The notes beneath the pieces were generated by a model. It was not told the DNA's origin, did not search any database, and was given only the letters and a program-made list of their open reading frames with translations. A stretch of 55,487 nucleotides of DNA, the filler included, from Candidatus Woesearchaeota archaeon (lineage in GTDB: Archaea; Nanobdellota; Nanobdellia; Woesearchaeales; DATGWN01), in NCBI GenBank assembly GCA_047603125.1. It is 3 parts of 3 records of this genome, joined end to end, with 100 filler letters (N's around TTAATTAATTAA, not from the genome) between each part and the next. Parts side by side here need not be neighbours in the genome. Positions count along the whole stretch, not along the records: positions 18,719 to 37,283 come from JBLKOU010000019.1; 2 more parts are not named here. One strand, 5' to 3'. This document shows positions 26,680-37,113 of the stretch, one piece after another; within the stretch, counting starts at the first letter, position 1; the number at the start of each line of letters is the position of its first letter. The position numbers and the translations under genes were made by a program.

Positions 26680-27134
26680 TTGATAGCTTTTTCTAATAAC
26701 TTCACCTTTTTAACTCTTCTCTTATGGCGAACACTCATATCAAACGGTGTTGTCAGCCATGCATTTGCTATCTTTTTCATCTGTATAGCACTCATGTACT
26801 CTGCACCCAAAGTAAGAACATTTGTATGATTATGCTCTTTCATGCGCTTTGCAATTGCAGGAGTCACTCCTACGCCGGCAATAATACCCTGACATTTATT
26901 TGCACTCACACTCATACCAACACCAGTTGCGCAAAGTAAAATTCCAACTCCCTTTTTTTTCTGTACAAGTTGACAAACCTGTTTTGCAATATCGGGGTAA
27001 TCATCTGTTTTTTTATGAGAAAAAGGTCCAATGTCGCTAATGTTGAATCCTTTTTTGGCTAGAAATTCTACTAACTGCTCTTTTGCGAAAAAACCCGCAT
27101 GGTCACTTCCTATAAAAACCGTTTTTTTCTTCAT
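26676..27134 (-). CDS. rpiB: Ribose-5-phosphate isomerase B
   Basis: GSDHAG, DYPD, CATGVGM, HNHTNVL, RHKRRV. Confidence 0.95.
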   Translation of the reverse strand: MKKKTVFIGSDHAGFFAKEQLVEFLAKKGFNISDIGPFSHKKTDDYPDIAKQVCQLVQKKKGVGILLCATGVGMSVSANKCQGIIAGVGVTPAIAKRMKEHNHTNVLTLGAEYMSAIQMKKIANAWLTTPFDMSVRHKRRVKKVKLLEKAIK

Positions 27135-27143
27135 TATGTCCCC

Positions 27144-28043
27144 TTATTTTTTTACTGCATGTCCGCCAAATTCATTTCGAATTGCCGCTAACAGTTTAAA
27201 TGAATACGAATCGGGATCACGAGAAATATAGCGTGCATGAAGTGCATAGCTATTTACAACAAATGGCACTTGATGGTTGAGTGCATCAATTGCTGCCCAT
27301 CTTCCCTCGCCATTATCTTCAACGTAAGGTTTAAGATTTTTGAGAGGTTCATCTTTTTCTAATGCGTTATGAGCCATTTCCATTAAAAAGGAACTGACAA
27401 TTGTCCCATGATTCCATAAATGTGCAATGTCTTTGAGTGGCAGATTCTCAAATGAACCGTTTTTTAATAAATCAAACCCTTCGCTAATTGCTTGCATCAT
27501 CCCGTACTCTATTGCGTTGTGAACCATTTTTACATAATGACCACTTCCAGGCTGCTCACCAGCAAATAAATACCCGTTTTTCATGCACATCGCATCAAGA
27601 GCTGGAATAATCTGCTCATATGCGGATTTATCCCCACCAATCATCATCGCGTATCCATTTTTTTCACCATGTAACCCACCACTCACACCAATGTCAAGCA
27701 TACGAATTTGTTTTTCTTGTGCTAAACTATGTCGGCGAACAGAATCATTAAATTGAGAATTTCCACCATCAATAAGAATGTCTCCCGGACGTAATTGCTC
27801 TAAGGCCTGTAAAAAATGTGTTTCAGTTACTTCTCCATTTGGAAGCATGAGCCACACAATCTTTGGCGAAGGTAATTGAGAAATTGCCTCAGCCGGACTT
27901 TTTGCACCCTTTGCACCGAACTCAGTTGCGGCCTGTACTTTTTGCTCACTTCTATTCCAAACAATAACTTCATGCTTTGCTTGTACTAATCGCTTTGTCA
28001 AACCCATTCCCATTCTTCCTAATCCAAATATTGCTAATTTCAT
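27144..28043 (-). CDS. gnd: 6-phosphogluconate dehydrogenase, decarboxylating (short type)
   Basis: GLGRMG, DGGNS, GVSGG, GHYVKMVHNAIEYG, GEGRW, RNEFGGH. Confidence 0.95.
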   Translation of the reverse strand: MKLAIFGLGRMGMGLTKRLVQAKHEVIVWNRSEQKVQAATEFGAKGAKSPAEAISQLPSPKIVWLMLPNGEVTETHFLQALEQLRPGDILIDGGNSQFNDSVRRHSLAQEKQIRMLDIGVSGGLHGEKNGYAMMIGGDKSAYEQIIPALDAMCMKNGYLFAGEQPGSGHYVKMVHNAIEYGMMQAISEGFDLLKNGSFENLPLKDIAHLWNHGTIVSSFLMEMAHNALEKDEPLKNLKPYVEDNGEGRWAAIDALNHQVPFVVNSYALHARYISRDPDSYSFKLLAAIRNEFGGHAVKK

Positions 28044-28715
28044 TTATTTCACGTCCACAAATACATATGAGTTTGGTATGTAATTAATTAATGTTGCGGG
28101 AAAATCTTTAATTGCTGGCTTTTTTTGATAATTCTCATATGCATCTTTTTTAGATTCTCCAACAAAAAATAAAAACGCAACTTGCGCGTGTAAAATTGTT
28201 TTTCTTGAGGCACTAATCCTCTTTGGTGGCTGCTTTGGCGCATCCTCTACTTGAATGAAGCCCAATTGCTCGTTTTTAATTGAATCGTGTTGAGGAAATA
28301 AACTGGCAATATGTCCATCTTCTCCCGCACTGACAATAATAATGTCAAAATATCCCCCGTGTTTTTCGAGTTCTAATTGATACTGATCAATTCCCTTTTT
28401 ATTGTCATAAGGAATAAAAGAAACATGCGCTGCGAGTTGTTCTTGTATTTGACGACTATTGCTTTGCTCACTTTCAAAAGGAACTTGGCGCTCATCCAAT
28501 GCTAAAAATGTTAGTTTTTGCCAAGGTAATGCCATGGAATCAAACTGTAGATAAAAATCTTGCACACTTCTCCCACCAACTAATCCGATGAGAACTCGTT
28601 CTTTTGTTTGGAGAATTTTTTCTACTTCTTTTTCAAAAATTTCTTTTGCATTTTCAAAAATATTATCGTCTATTACTGATATCATTGGAATTTGACCCGT
28701 CTTTATATCGTACAA
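28044..28715 (-). CDS. pgl: 6-phosphogluconolactonase
   Basis: GGRS, LDERQV...SN, GEDGHIASLFP, PKQPPKRIS; start could be 28685. Confidence 0.9.
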   Translation of the reverse strand: MYDIKTGQIPMISVIDDNIFENAKEIFEKEVEKILQTKERVLIGLVGGRSVQDFYLQFDSMALPWQKLTFLALDERQVPFESEQSNSRQIQEQLAAHVSFIPYDNKKGIDQYQLELEKHGGYFDIIIVSAGEDGHIASLFPQHDSIKNEQLGFIQVEDAPKQPPKRISASRKTILHAQVAFLFFVGESKKDAYENYQKKPAIKDFPATLINYIPNSYVFVDVK

Positions 28716-30012
28716 ACGTAAAAGTGTGCTTCTTTTTTAAAACTTCCTCTACTAATTTCCAAGACTCAATTATTTCATTGTGGTGAATAAAAAGTGTTTT
28801 ATCTCCACTTATGATATCAAAAAGCAATTTTTTGTATCCATCCGTCGTATTTGGTCCAAAAACACACTCCCCACAATAATCAAAGGATACTTGCGTGAGT
28901 TTTTGATCTTCACGTGCTTTTGTATTAAAAAATAGTTGTATATTTTCACTTGGATGAATGTCAATAATCATTTTATTGGGTTGTTGTCCTGGTAACGTAT
29001 CTTTTGGTTGGCGAAAGTGTACAACTACACGACCATATTTTTTATCAAGCTTTTTTCCCGTGCGAAGTTGAAACGCAACCCCCTTCCATTTTGGTGAGCG
29101 AGAATAAAATGTGAGTGAGCAAAATGTTTCTGTTTGTTTTGCCCCTATAAAATTTTTTTTTTGTATCTGTTCTAGAAAAGAATGGTATTGACCAAGTGTT
29201 TGTTCTTGAAAATTTCCTAAATACAGTTTTTTTAATGCAAGAACTTTTTGCCTATGAATCGACTCAGGATTGAGTGTTTTTGGTCGATCCATAATAACAA
29301 GAGCAAGGAGTTGTAAAAGATGATTTTGCACCATGTCTCGCACTGCGCCCGTTGTTGCATAATACCCTAACCTGTTTTCAACACCCATGTCTTCGTCTGC
29401 AATTACTTCTATTTTTTCAACATAGGCATTTGAGAGCATTGCTCCCAAGATTGGATTTGCAAATTTAAATGTCGTAACATTTTGCACTGTTTCTTTTCCT
29501 AAATAATGGTCAATTCGATAAATTTGTGATTCATCTAATTTTGAACAAATTTGCCTTTCCAGTTTTCTTGCAGAGCGCAAATCATATCCGAATGGTTTTT
29601 CAAACACAACTTTGACTTTTTTATCAATGAGCTTCTCTGATTCTAAATTTGTTAAAATGTCTCCAAACAATGTATACGTCGTTGCTAAATAAAATACTCG
29701 TTGATGTGATCCTTGTTCATGTTTTTTTAACACCGAACATAATTCTTTTAGAGTACCCGGTTTAGCCGAGTCAGCTTGATAAAAAACAATTTGTAAATGC
29801 TCAATTGCGTCTTTTTGTTTTTTTGTTTTTGCTGCTTGCAGGAGTAATTGTTTGTAGGATTCACTCGTATACGGACTTCGCGCAATCCCGATTATTAATG
29901 AGCCCTTAGCTAAGGAACCTTGTTCAAGTAATTGTGCAAAAGCAGGCACAAGCTTTTTCTGCGTTAAATCTCCCGTTCCGCCAAAAATAATAAAACTTAC
30001 TCGTTCATTCAT
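28663..30012 (-). CDS. zwf: Glucose-6-phosphate 1-dehydrogenase (bacterial/eukaryotic type)
   Basis: FGGTGDL..KKL, EKPFGYDL, RIDHYLGKE signature, RDMVQNHL, LRTGK. Confidence 0.96.
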   Translation of the reverse strand: MNERVSFIIFGGTGDLTQKKLVPAFAQLLEQGSLAKGSLIIGIARSPYTSESYKQLLLQAAKTKKQKDAIEHLQIVFYQADSAKPGTLKELCSVLKKHEQGSHQRVFYLATTYTLFGDILTNLESEKLIDKKVKVVFEKPFGYDLRSARKLERQICSKLDESQIYRIDHYLGKETVQNVTTFKFANPILGAMLSNAYVEKIEVIADEDMGVENRLGYYATTGAVRDMVQNHLLQLLALVIMDRPKTLNPESIHRQKVLALKKLYLGNFQEQTLGQYHSFLEQIQKKNFIGAKQTETFCSLTFYSRSPKWKGVAFQLRTGKKLDKKYGRVVVHFRQPKDTLPGQQPNKMIIDIHPSENIQLFFNTKAREDQKLTQVSFDYCGECVFGPNTTDGYKKLLFDIISGDKTLFIHHNEIIESWKLVEEVLKKKHTFTFVRYKDGSNSNDISNRR

Positions 30013-30124
30013 ACTTTTTTTGAACAAGAAATCATTTATAAAATCTATTAAAGGTTTATCAATAAAATTTTACAAACTCCAAGCTACAAATGTTTAAATA
30101 GAAGGACAACCAACATTAGAATAT

Positions 30125-30844
30125 ATGTTAAGTACCAAAATACATCAGCATTTTTCTCCAACGCCGCAAGAACGCAAACAAAGCACGAAACGTCAAGTAA
30201 TTTATGGTTTTTTTGCACTCGGATTTGCAGCAATTACCTGCATTCGCACGCCGCACACTATCGCACAGTATCAACGCGTGCAAGAACTCACACCTATTCG
30301 AGAAGTTGTCAGCAATAATTCAAGTATATCTGCACAAAGTGATGAGATGGATCGATTGGTAACAACACTTAACCCGAATAGATTTTCTTTTAAAGATAGG
30401 AGCGAACTCTCAAAAAACATTGGCGCATATGTTGCGAGTAATTACACGCAAAGCCAACCGCTCGAATATTTACTTAATGCATATGATCGAAAACTAGTGG
30501 AAAAAGGCGCAGTAAGCATTGGCTCAGGCGCACTCGCACTTGCGTGTCTTGTTCCCGCACTTCGAAAATCTCGCCCAATTCGTCTGCGAAAACGCCAACT
30601 CAGGCAAGCGAAAAAATATCCTCTTGATACTATTGAGACATTGCCAACAAAAGCACAATTTTATACACTTGCTCAAACACTTCTTGATAATGAAAGCGCC
30701 AATCCTCGTGATATCGCAAAATACCTGCACGAGCTTTCCGTTCATCCACGCGCAAGCGAATCGGGATTTTTAAGTGCCGCAATCGAGCTAGGGATGCCAG
30801 GGTATATTACAAGAACAAACCTGCAAAGAAGGCGTCACATTTAA
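30125..30844 (+). CDS. Hypothetical membrane protein
   Basis: 239 aa with two hydrophobic segments; TTTAAATA upstream. Confidence 0.65.
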   Translation: MLSTKIHQHFSPTPQERKQSTKRQVIYGFFALGFAAITCIRTPHTIAQYQRVQELTPIREVVSNNSSISAQSDEMDRLVTTLNPNRFSFKDRSELSKNIGAYVASNYTQSQPLEYLLNAYDRKLVEKGAVSIGSGALALACLVPALRKSRPIRLRKRQLRQAKKYPLDTIETLPTKAQFYTLAQTLLDNESANPRDIAKYLHELSVHPRASESGFLSAAIELGMPGYITRTNLQRRRHI

Positions 30845-30869
30845 ATAGGTGAATGTCTATTATAGGTAT

Positions 30870-31058
30870 ATGGCAGAAGCAATAAAAAAACAGAGGTATC
30901 GGTGCATTTCTTGTAATTATCGGTTCTCTCGACAAATCGGCATTGATTTTAATAATATCTGTCCATATTGCGGGAAAAAGTCAGTTGTTAAAGAGCAGAT
31001 TGGCGACGCCCAAAAATTAATAAATGAAGTGACAAAACTCGAACATCTCTATGATTAA
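30870..31058 (+). CDS. Small Zn-ribbon protein
   Basis: YRCISC...ICPYCG. Confidence 0.75.
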   Translation: MAEAIKKQRYRCISCNYRFSRQIGIDFNNICPYCGKKSVVKEQIGDAQKLINEVTKLEHLYD

Positions 31059-31569
31059 AGATTCCTCGTACTATGATGCACTCGCCCCGGGTTATGACGC
31101 ATTATATGGTCAAGAGCAGCAACAAAAGCTTCAAGAAAGTGTTTCCTTCTTAGAACAAATATCGCTACCTAAAAACGCAACAGTCCTTGATGTAGGCTGT
31201 GGAACCGGTATTTCAACTCGTTTTTATTCTCAGCTTGGATATTCTTGCACCGGTATTGACCCTTCAAAAAAACTCTTAGAGCAAAATGCGGATCCTCACA
31301 TTCAGCTTCTTTGTGGTCACGCAGAAGAGCTGGCGTTTGAAAATGAATCATTTGATCTTATCATCAGTTTTTCTGCAATACAAAACTTTTCAGATGTCAA
31401 AAAAGGATTGCAAGAAATGAATCGCGTAGGAAAAAAATATTTTATTTTGGGTATAATGAATCGTGGAAAGGACTTTTCTCGAATAGACGAAATGGTGCAT
31501 TCCTTATTTTTTGTAAAGGAAACAAAAACTGTTCTTAACGACACGTTGTATCTTTGTGAGAAAAAGTAA
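31051..31569 (+). CDS. Class I SAM-dependent methyltransferase
   Basis: VLDVGCGTG, GIDPS, AEEL.F....FD. Confidence 0.9.
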   Translation: MIKDSSYYDALAPGYDALYGQEQQQKLQESVSFLEQISLPKNATVLDVGCGTGISTRFYSQLGYSCTGIDPSKKLLEQNADPHIQLLCGHAEELAFENESFDLIISFSAIQNFSDVKKGLQEMNRVGKKYFILGIMNRGKDFSRIDEMVHSLFFVKETKTVLNDTLYLCEKK

Positions 31570-31827
31570 TCTTTATTAACAATCCCGTTCATTACCATTT
31601 TGACAACCGTTGTTGAATACCTGCGCTTTTGAGAGAAATAAGCAAAACTCGTGAGACTCCATTCTCTCTATTGAGTCGGCAAGCAACAACCGCGTGAATA
31701 AAGGTGTTACAATAGCGCGCTCGGGTCGTCACTTTTGGATAAAATGTTCAAACATTGCTTGAAGACCCTCATATAAAAGAAATCCTTGATATCGCAAGGG
31801 ATTTAGAAGTTCTTAAGTAACTTATGC

Positions 31828-32103
31828 CTAACTACTAATAATTTCTGGAGGAAGAGTAAACGCTTCATAGTAAAAACCCATACATAGCGTATAATGATTT
31901 GTAACATGAATTCGGGTCTCAAAAATACCAGTTCTTATTTTAAGAAAACCTTCGCAATGTTTTTTTGCAGTTAGAGACATTCTTGTCTCTATTGGTTGAA
32001 CACGTCCAAAGGTATGACGAGGTTTAAACATATCTTCAAGACTAGCCATTCGTATTATTCCTTCCTGAAAATATATTCTTGGATTAACCACCCCAGTACT
32101 CAA
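31828..32103 (-). CDS. Hypothetical protein or gene remnant
   Basis: 91-aa ORF; the same frame continues through several stops toward ~31575. Confidence 0.3.
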   Translation of the reverse strand: MSTGVVNPRIYFQEGIIRMASLEDMFKPRHTFGRVQPIETRMSLTAKKHCEGFLKIRTGIFETRIHVTNHYTLCMGFYYEAFTLPPEIISS

Positions 32104-32126
32104 TCCATATCTTTGCCCAATAATGC

Positions 32127-32786
32127 CTAAAGTTTCGGTTCTTGGTTAAATAATGGTTCAGATGCAATTAATTCCTTAAATTGATCATATTGTTGTGCAG
32201 CCCAGTGCTTTTGCCCTCCAAGATATCCACTTTGAGAAAAAAAATTCCATTCTTGTCTCAATTTCTCTCGTACTGTCTCATTTGCTAATTCTTCTTCTAA
32301 AAAAACACTCCCTGAATAATAAAAATCCCCATATTCATTCAAATCCAAAGAACTATCTGGAAATGTTACAAAGTAAACAACAAAAGCAATGAGAATACAA
32401 GCGACAAAAACCTTGAAATAAAAAACAGTGTGATAAAAATACAAAAAGTATGCAAGTATAAGCGCAAAGTATCCAATATACGTAATATACGCATATAGCG
32501 GACCAAGCAAAAATACACACAATGCAAGAGAATTAACGATTCCAAACGCCATTACATGTACGAAAAAGCAATCTTTTCGAGAACGAAATATGCGTGTAAT
32601 TCTTAAAAAAAGCAATAGGAATGAACTAAACACCACCGGGATAATACCTAAAGCAATCAAAACATGCCAAATTTCAAAACTGCCAAAGCCAAATCTGAAT
32701 AATTCAACGGAGGAACTTATGGATATATGAAACAGTAGTCCTATCACATAAAAGAAAAACAAAATCTGTCGTAGCATGAATATCAT
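32127..32786 (-). CDS. Hypothetical membrane protein
   Basis: About five hydrophobic helices followed by a polar C-terminus. Confidence 0.7.
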   Translation of the reverse strand: MIFMLRQILFFFYVIGLLFHISISSSVELFRFGFGSFEIWHVLIALGIIPVVFSSFLLLFLRITRIFRSRKDCFFVHVMAFGIVNSLALCVFLLGPLYAYITYIGYFALILAYFLYFYHTVFYFKVFVACILIAFVVYFVTFPDSSLDLNEYGDFYYSGSVFLEEELANETVREKLRQEWNFFSQSGYLGGQKHWAAQQYDQFKELIASEPLFNQEPKL

Positions 32787-32865
32787 ACGAAAGTTGTTCT
32801 ATATAAATATATCTAGAAAGAAAACCCCCACTACCTTTATAAAGAAAACACTCATTCCCGTTTTT

Positions 32866-34632
32866 ATGGTACAAACAAGCTTACGAACACATCATTGTAA
32901 TCAACTTACCGCTCAAGATGAGAATACTAAAGTCTCACTTGCAGGCTGGGTTCATGTTCGCCGAGATCATGGCGGAATTATTTTTATCGATTTGCGAGAT
33001 AAGTATGGATTGACGCAACTGGTTTTTGATCCAGAATTTGATAAAACATATTTTGAGCAAGCAGAACAGCTCAGACGAGAAGATGTTATACTGGTCGCAG
33101 GTGTTGTGAAAAAACGAGGCGAGGGTTTAACGAATCCAAAGCTCAATACTGGTGAAATCGAAGTTTTTGTGAAAAAATTAACAATTGTAAACAAAAGTCA
33201 AACACCACCATTTGAAATTGATGATCAGACACAAATTAACGAAGATTTACGATTGGAATATCGTTATTTGGACTTACGCCGAACAAAGATGCAGCGACAT
33301 TTAGCACTTCGCCACCAGTTTGTAAAAGCATCACGAGCGTTTTTTGACGCACAGGCATTTACGGAAATCGAAACACCATTTCTTATTAAATCAACTCCGG
33401 AAGGGGCAAGGGATTATGTTGTTCCATCACGAATTAATAAAGGAAAATTCTATGCACTTCCACAATCACCACAACTCTACAAACAAATGTTAATGATTGC
33501 AGGCTGCGATAGATACTATCAGATTGCGCGATGTTTACGAGATGAAGATTTACGTGCCGACAGACAACCCGAGCACACACAAATTGATTTTGAAATGAGT
33601 TTTGTCACACAAGAAGATGTGCAACAATTCGTCGAAGCACTTTTCAAAGAAACATTTGCAAAAACACAAAATATCACAATTAAAACACCATTCCCCGTGT
33701 TTAGTCATGAGCAGGCAATGAGTTTGTATGGATGTGATAAACCTGATATTCGATTTGAGCTCACGCTCACAGATGTAACTGATATTGCAAAAGAATCAGA
33801 ATTTAGCGTTTTTCAAAATGTCATCTCTTCTGGCGGAATTGTCAAATGTATCAATCCTGAAGCAGACATTGCAAGAAAAGAAATAGATCGCTATATTGAG
33901 TACGCCCAGTTCCTTGGCGCAAAAGGAATGGCGTGGATGCGCGTTACAGAAAACGGACTTGAGTCGAATATTGCAAAGTACTTTAGTTCACAAGTCCAGA
34001 AAAAATTAATAGATTTAGTTGGTGCAAAACCAGGCTCCGTATTATTTTTTATTGCGGATAAGCCAAAAGTAACAAATGATGTGCTTGCAAAATTGCGATT
34101 AAAACTTGGCGAGGATTTAGGGCTCATTGATGAAAATACCTATGCCTTTTGTTGGGTTAATGACTTTCCTCTGTTCTCCTGGAATGAAGACGAGAAAAAA
34201 TGGGATGCAGAACACCATATTTTTAGTATGCCAAAAGCAGAATTTGTTGATAATTTAGAAAAAGATCCAGGTGTCGTAAAAGGCGATTTATGGGATTTAG
34301 TCTTAAACGGATGGGAACTTGCTTCAGGGAGTATTCGTGTATCTAACCCGCAACTTCAGCAACGATTATTTGATATCATTGGTATTAAAAAAGACGAAGC
34401 ACAAGAGAAATTTGGATTCTTGTTAAAAGCATACCAATACGGTGGCCCAATACATGGCGGCATGGGTATTGGTCTGGATAGGATTATTGCATTACTAGTT
34501 GGAACACACGATATTCGAGAAGTTATCGCATTTCCAAAAAATAAAAACGCACAGTGTCCAATGGATGAGTCACCTGGTGAAATTAGCGAGCAACAACTCA
34601 AAGAATTGGCAATTAGTGTTGTGAAAAAATAG
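32866..34632 (+). CDS. aspS: Aspartate--tRNA(Asp/Asn) ligase, bacterial type with GAD insertion
   Basis: LRTH.C, RRDHGG, RYLDLR, STPEGARDY, LPQSPQ, RDEDLRADRQPE, YGCDKPD.R, GG..IGLDR, IREVIAFPK; ~588 aa. Confidence 0.96.
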   Translation: MVQTSLRTHHCNQLTAQDENTKVSLAGWVHVRRDHGGIIFIDLRDKYGLTQLVFDPEFDKTYFEQAEQLRREDVILVAGVVKKRGEGLTNPKLNTGEIEVFVKKLTIVNKSQTPPFEIDDQTQINEDLRLEYRYLDLRRTKMQRHLALRHQFVKASRAFFDAQAFTEIETPFLIKSTPEGARDYVVPSRINKGKFYALPQSPQLYKQMLMIAGCDRYYQIARCLRDEDLRADRQPEHTQIDFEMSFVTQEDVQQFVEALFKETFAKTQNITIKTPFPVFSHEQAMSLYGCDKPDIRFELTLTDVTDIAKESEFSVFQNVISSGGIVKCINPEADIARKEIDRYIEYAQFLGAKGMAWMRVTENGLESNIAKYFSSQVQKKLIDLVGAKPGSVLFFIADKPKVTNDVLAKLRLKLGEDLGLIDENTYAFCWVNDFPLFSWNEDEKKWDAEHHIFSMPKAEFVDNLEKDPGVVKGDLWDLVLNGWELASGSIRVSNPQLQQRLFDIIGIKKDEAQEKFGFLLKAYQYGGPIHGGMGIGLDRIIALLVGTHDIREVIAFPKNKNAQCPMDESPGEISEQQLKELAISVVKK

Positions 34633-34640
34633 CAGACTCT

Positions 34641-36068
34641 TTACTGCTTGTTTTTTAAGGAAGCGGTTGTTTTTTCGAAAACTTCCAAATGCTTTTTTAG
34701 CATAGCGGTTAGCGAATGCTCTCCAATTACTTCTTCCTTTACTCTTTGAACATGAGCTTTTACCAGTTCAGGTTGCGTATAAAGAGAATCCACTGCTTTT
34801 AAAATGGTATTCGCGTTTTTTGTCACACCAAAAGAATACTTTCCTTCACAAGTTATTACTGGTACCTCTAACATCATACTCTCCAAAACCGCCATCCCAT
34901 ATAGATTTTTACTTGCTACCGGTTGAACCATTATATCTGCTAGTTTGTAATATGCTGCTAATACTTTTTTATCTTTTATCCAACCTGCAAAATGAATTCT
35001 TTCTACAAAAGACTTATTCAAACCCATTTGGAGCAATTCAGGTAATTTTTGCTCATTTGCCCCTACAAGAACTAACCGCAAATCAGCATATTTTTCAGCT
35101 GCAAGGTTAAAGCCATCTATAAGCTTCTGACTACCCTTCTGAGCTTCTATTCTTCCAACATAAATCATCACTTTCTCCCCATTAGGAGCTATAAGATGTT
35201 GCAACTCATTCTTTTTTGCATATACTTCCTTTAAATCATTATATTCATCAAAATCAGTTCCGTTTGGAACACAAAAGCATTTGTCTGCATATTCCGGGTA
35301 AATAATGTCAAAAGCTTCTTTATGAACCTGTGAAATCGTAATAATAGCGTCTGAGCGTTTTATTAAATCAAACTGGGCTCTCTCACGCTTACTCCCATAG
35401 TTTTCTCGCACTGCCTTCAGTTCTTTTTGAGTCATTTGATTTGTTAAAAGTTTAATTCTATTCTCATGATTTAATCGAATGTACGGAATAAATGCGTGCA
35501 AAGTGTAAACTACTGGCACTCCCTGGAAATATTTTTTCAAAGAGAAATCTAGAGCATTATCATAAACAAAAGTGTGCGTATGTATGTGTATAATATTTGG
35601 ATAAAATTTAAAATCAGAATGTAATCGGGAAGCAATATTTTTGAACGCATATTGAGTTAAAATACATTTTCCTTTATCATTTAACAAATTAAAAGGACTT
35701 AACTCCACTTTTACTTTCTTTTCAAAAGGTGTTCCTACAAATTTTCTAAAATAATAGCGATGCCACCAGTGATTAATACTTGCAACGATTATACCATTTG
35801 CAGCAAATACTTTATTTAAATTTAGCATAACTTTAACAACACCCGAGTTAATAGACGTCGGAATCCCTAACTGCAAAACTTTAAAACCTTCTGGAAAAAT
35901 ATATTTAATTCCAGAATCAAAACTTCCAATATAATTTATTTGCTCATTTATTGTAAACGTATCTGAATTCATTTCCTTTGACTTATTTAGCAACCAAAAT
36001 AAAGTTTTTTTATCATCCAAGTAGTCTTGTTGAAGTAAGTCATTTAACCATTCATCCAATAATTTCAT
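34641..36068 (-). CDS. GT4-family (GT-B) glycosyltransferase, divergent
   Basis: IHIH, VYTLH, IITIS, VPNG.D, YVGRIEAQKG, YGMAVLESM. Confidence 0.85.
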   Translation of the reverse strand: MKLLDEWLNDLLQQDYLDDKKTLFWLLNKSKEMNSDTFTINEQINYIGSFDSGIKYIFPEGFKVLQLGIPTSINSGVVKVMLNLNKVFAANGIIVASINHWWHRYYFRKFVGTPFEKKVKVELSPFNLLNDKGKCILTQYAFKNIASRLHSDFKFYPNIIHIHTHTFVYDNALDFSLKKYFQGVPVVYTLHAFIPYIRLNHENRIKLLTNQMTQKELKAVRENYGSKRERAQFDLIKRSDAIITISQVHKEAFDIIYPEYADKCFCVPNGTDFDEYNDLKEVYAKKNELQHLIAPNGEKVMIYVGRIEAQKGSQKLIDGFNLAAEKYADLRLVLVGANEQKLPELLQMGLNKSFVERIHFAGWIKDKKVLAAYYKLADIMVQPVASKNLYGMAVLESMMLEVPVITCEGKYSFGVTKNANTILKAVDSLYTQPELVKAHVQRVKEEVIGEHSLTAMLKKHLEVFEKTTASLKNKQ

Positions 36069-37006
36069 ATTTCTAAAATCTCCCTATACCTTTTTTTGAG
36101 TGAATAATATATTTGTATTCTCTTTAATAGTGAATTTTTAAACAATTCAAATTCTTTTTTATTTAAAGACAATTTTTTAATTTCCGTTTCTTCCTTTTTC
36201 AAAGTATCTATTAGATTTTTATAGTCTTCTAAATTAAATGGTAAATCTTCAGGTCGATAGTATGCCTCTATGGGCTCAATCACTTTTTGTAATAATGAAA
36301 TTAACTTATCCGTTTTCTGTTGGAAAAGGCTTACTAATTTCCCATATAATTCAATTCTTTTTTGAAAACGATTTTTAGAATTATCAGGAGACTCATCATC
36401 AGGTGATGCGTCATCACTCCAACCACCTAGTTTATTTGCTAGCTTAAATATACCCCAAATTACAACGCCCACAAATAATAAAACCCAGATTAAATCTAAA
36501 ATGCCAACAACTTGATATCCCCACTGCGTTGATTGAATTTCATCAAAAAAACCTAAAAATAATCCCCTATATAACCCATAAATAACAAAAAATGTAATCC
36601 CGAGTGCAGTTGGGTGAACCCATGTGCGCTCTTTGCCATAATCTTTTAGATCCATCATTGATGAAATCATTATGTAAAAAACTACGGCAAGCACAAGTAA
36701 AAAAATCGTCATTGCAATCGGTCCAAGAGAAATAAGCGAGAAACCCAGTGCTTGGCTTCCAAATGTTAATGAAAGCCCAAGAATGACCCCCATAAGAATA
36801 GCAGGCTTTTTCCCTAAGCGCTCACCCACTGTTTTTTGTGTGATTGCGATGAAAAATGCGATGTAGACCAACGCATCAATAAAACCTTGATATTGTAAAT
36901 AAAATGAAGCTGTTGCAAACCCTGCCAGTGGCGCGAAGACACTATCGAGCACGTATGAAAAAGCCACCGGTATTTGTAATAAAATTAGCAAAATAAATTT
37001 CATCAA
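36065..37006 (-). CDS. Membrane protein with a soluble helical C-terminal domain
   Basis: About six TM helices, acidic linker, K/L-rich tail; ATGA coupling to the GT4 gene. Confidence 0.75.
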   Translation of the reverse strand: MMKFILLILLQIPVAFSYVLDSVFAPLAGFATASFYLQYQGFIDALVYIAFFIAITQKTVGERLGKKPAILMGVILGLSLTFGSQALGFSLISLGPIAMTIFLLVLAVVFYIMISSMMDLKDYGKERTWVHPTALGITFFVIYGLYRGLFLGFFDEIQSTQWGYQVVGILDLIWVLLFVGVVIWGIFKLANKLGGWSDDASPDDESPDNSKNRFQKRIELYGKLVSLFQQKTDKLISLLQKVIEPIEAYYRPEDLPFNLEDYKNLIDTLKKEETEIKKLSLNKKEFELFKNSLLKRIQIYYSLKKRYREILEI

Positions 37007-37113
37007 CTTAATTCAGGCAAGTAATTATTTAAGCTTTTCTCAAATCGCAGTTTTAAGATAACGCGGCTTTTGGCAACAATATTTATAAATACGATGATTG
37101 TCCTAGAATTTAC

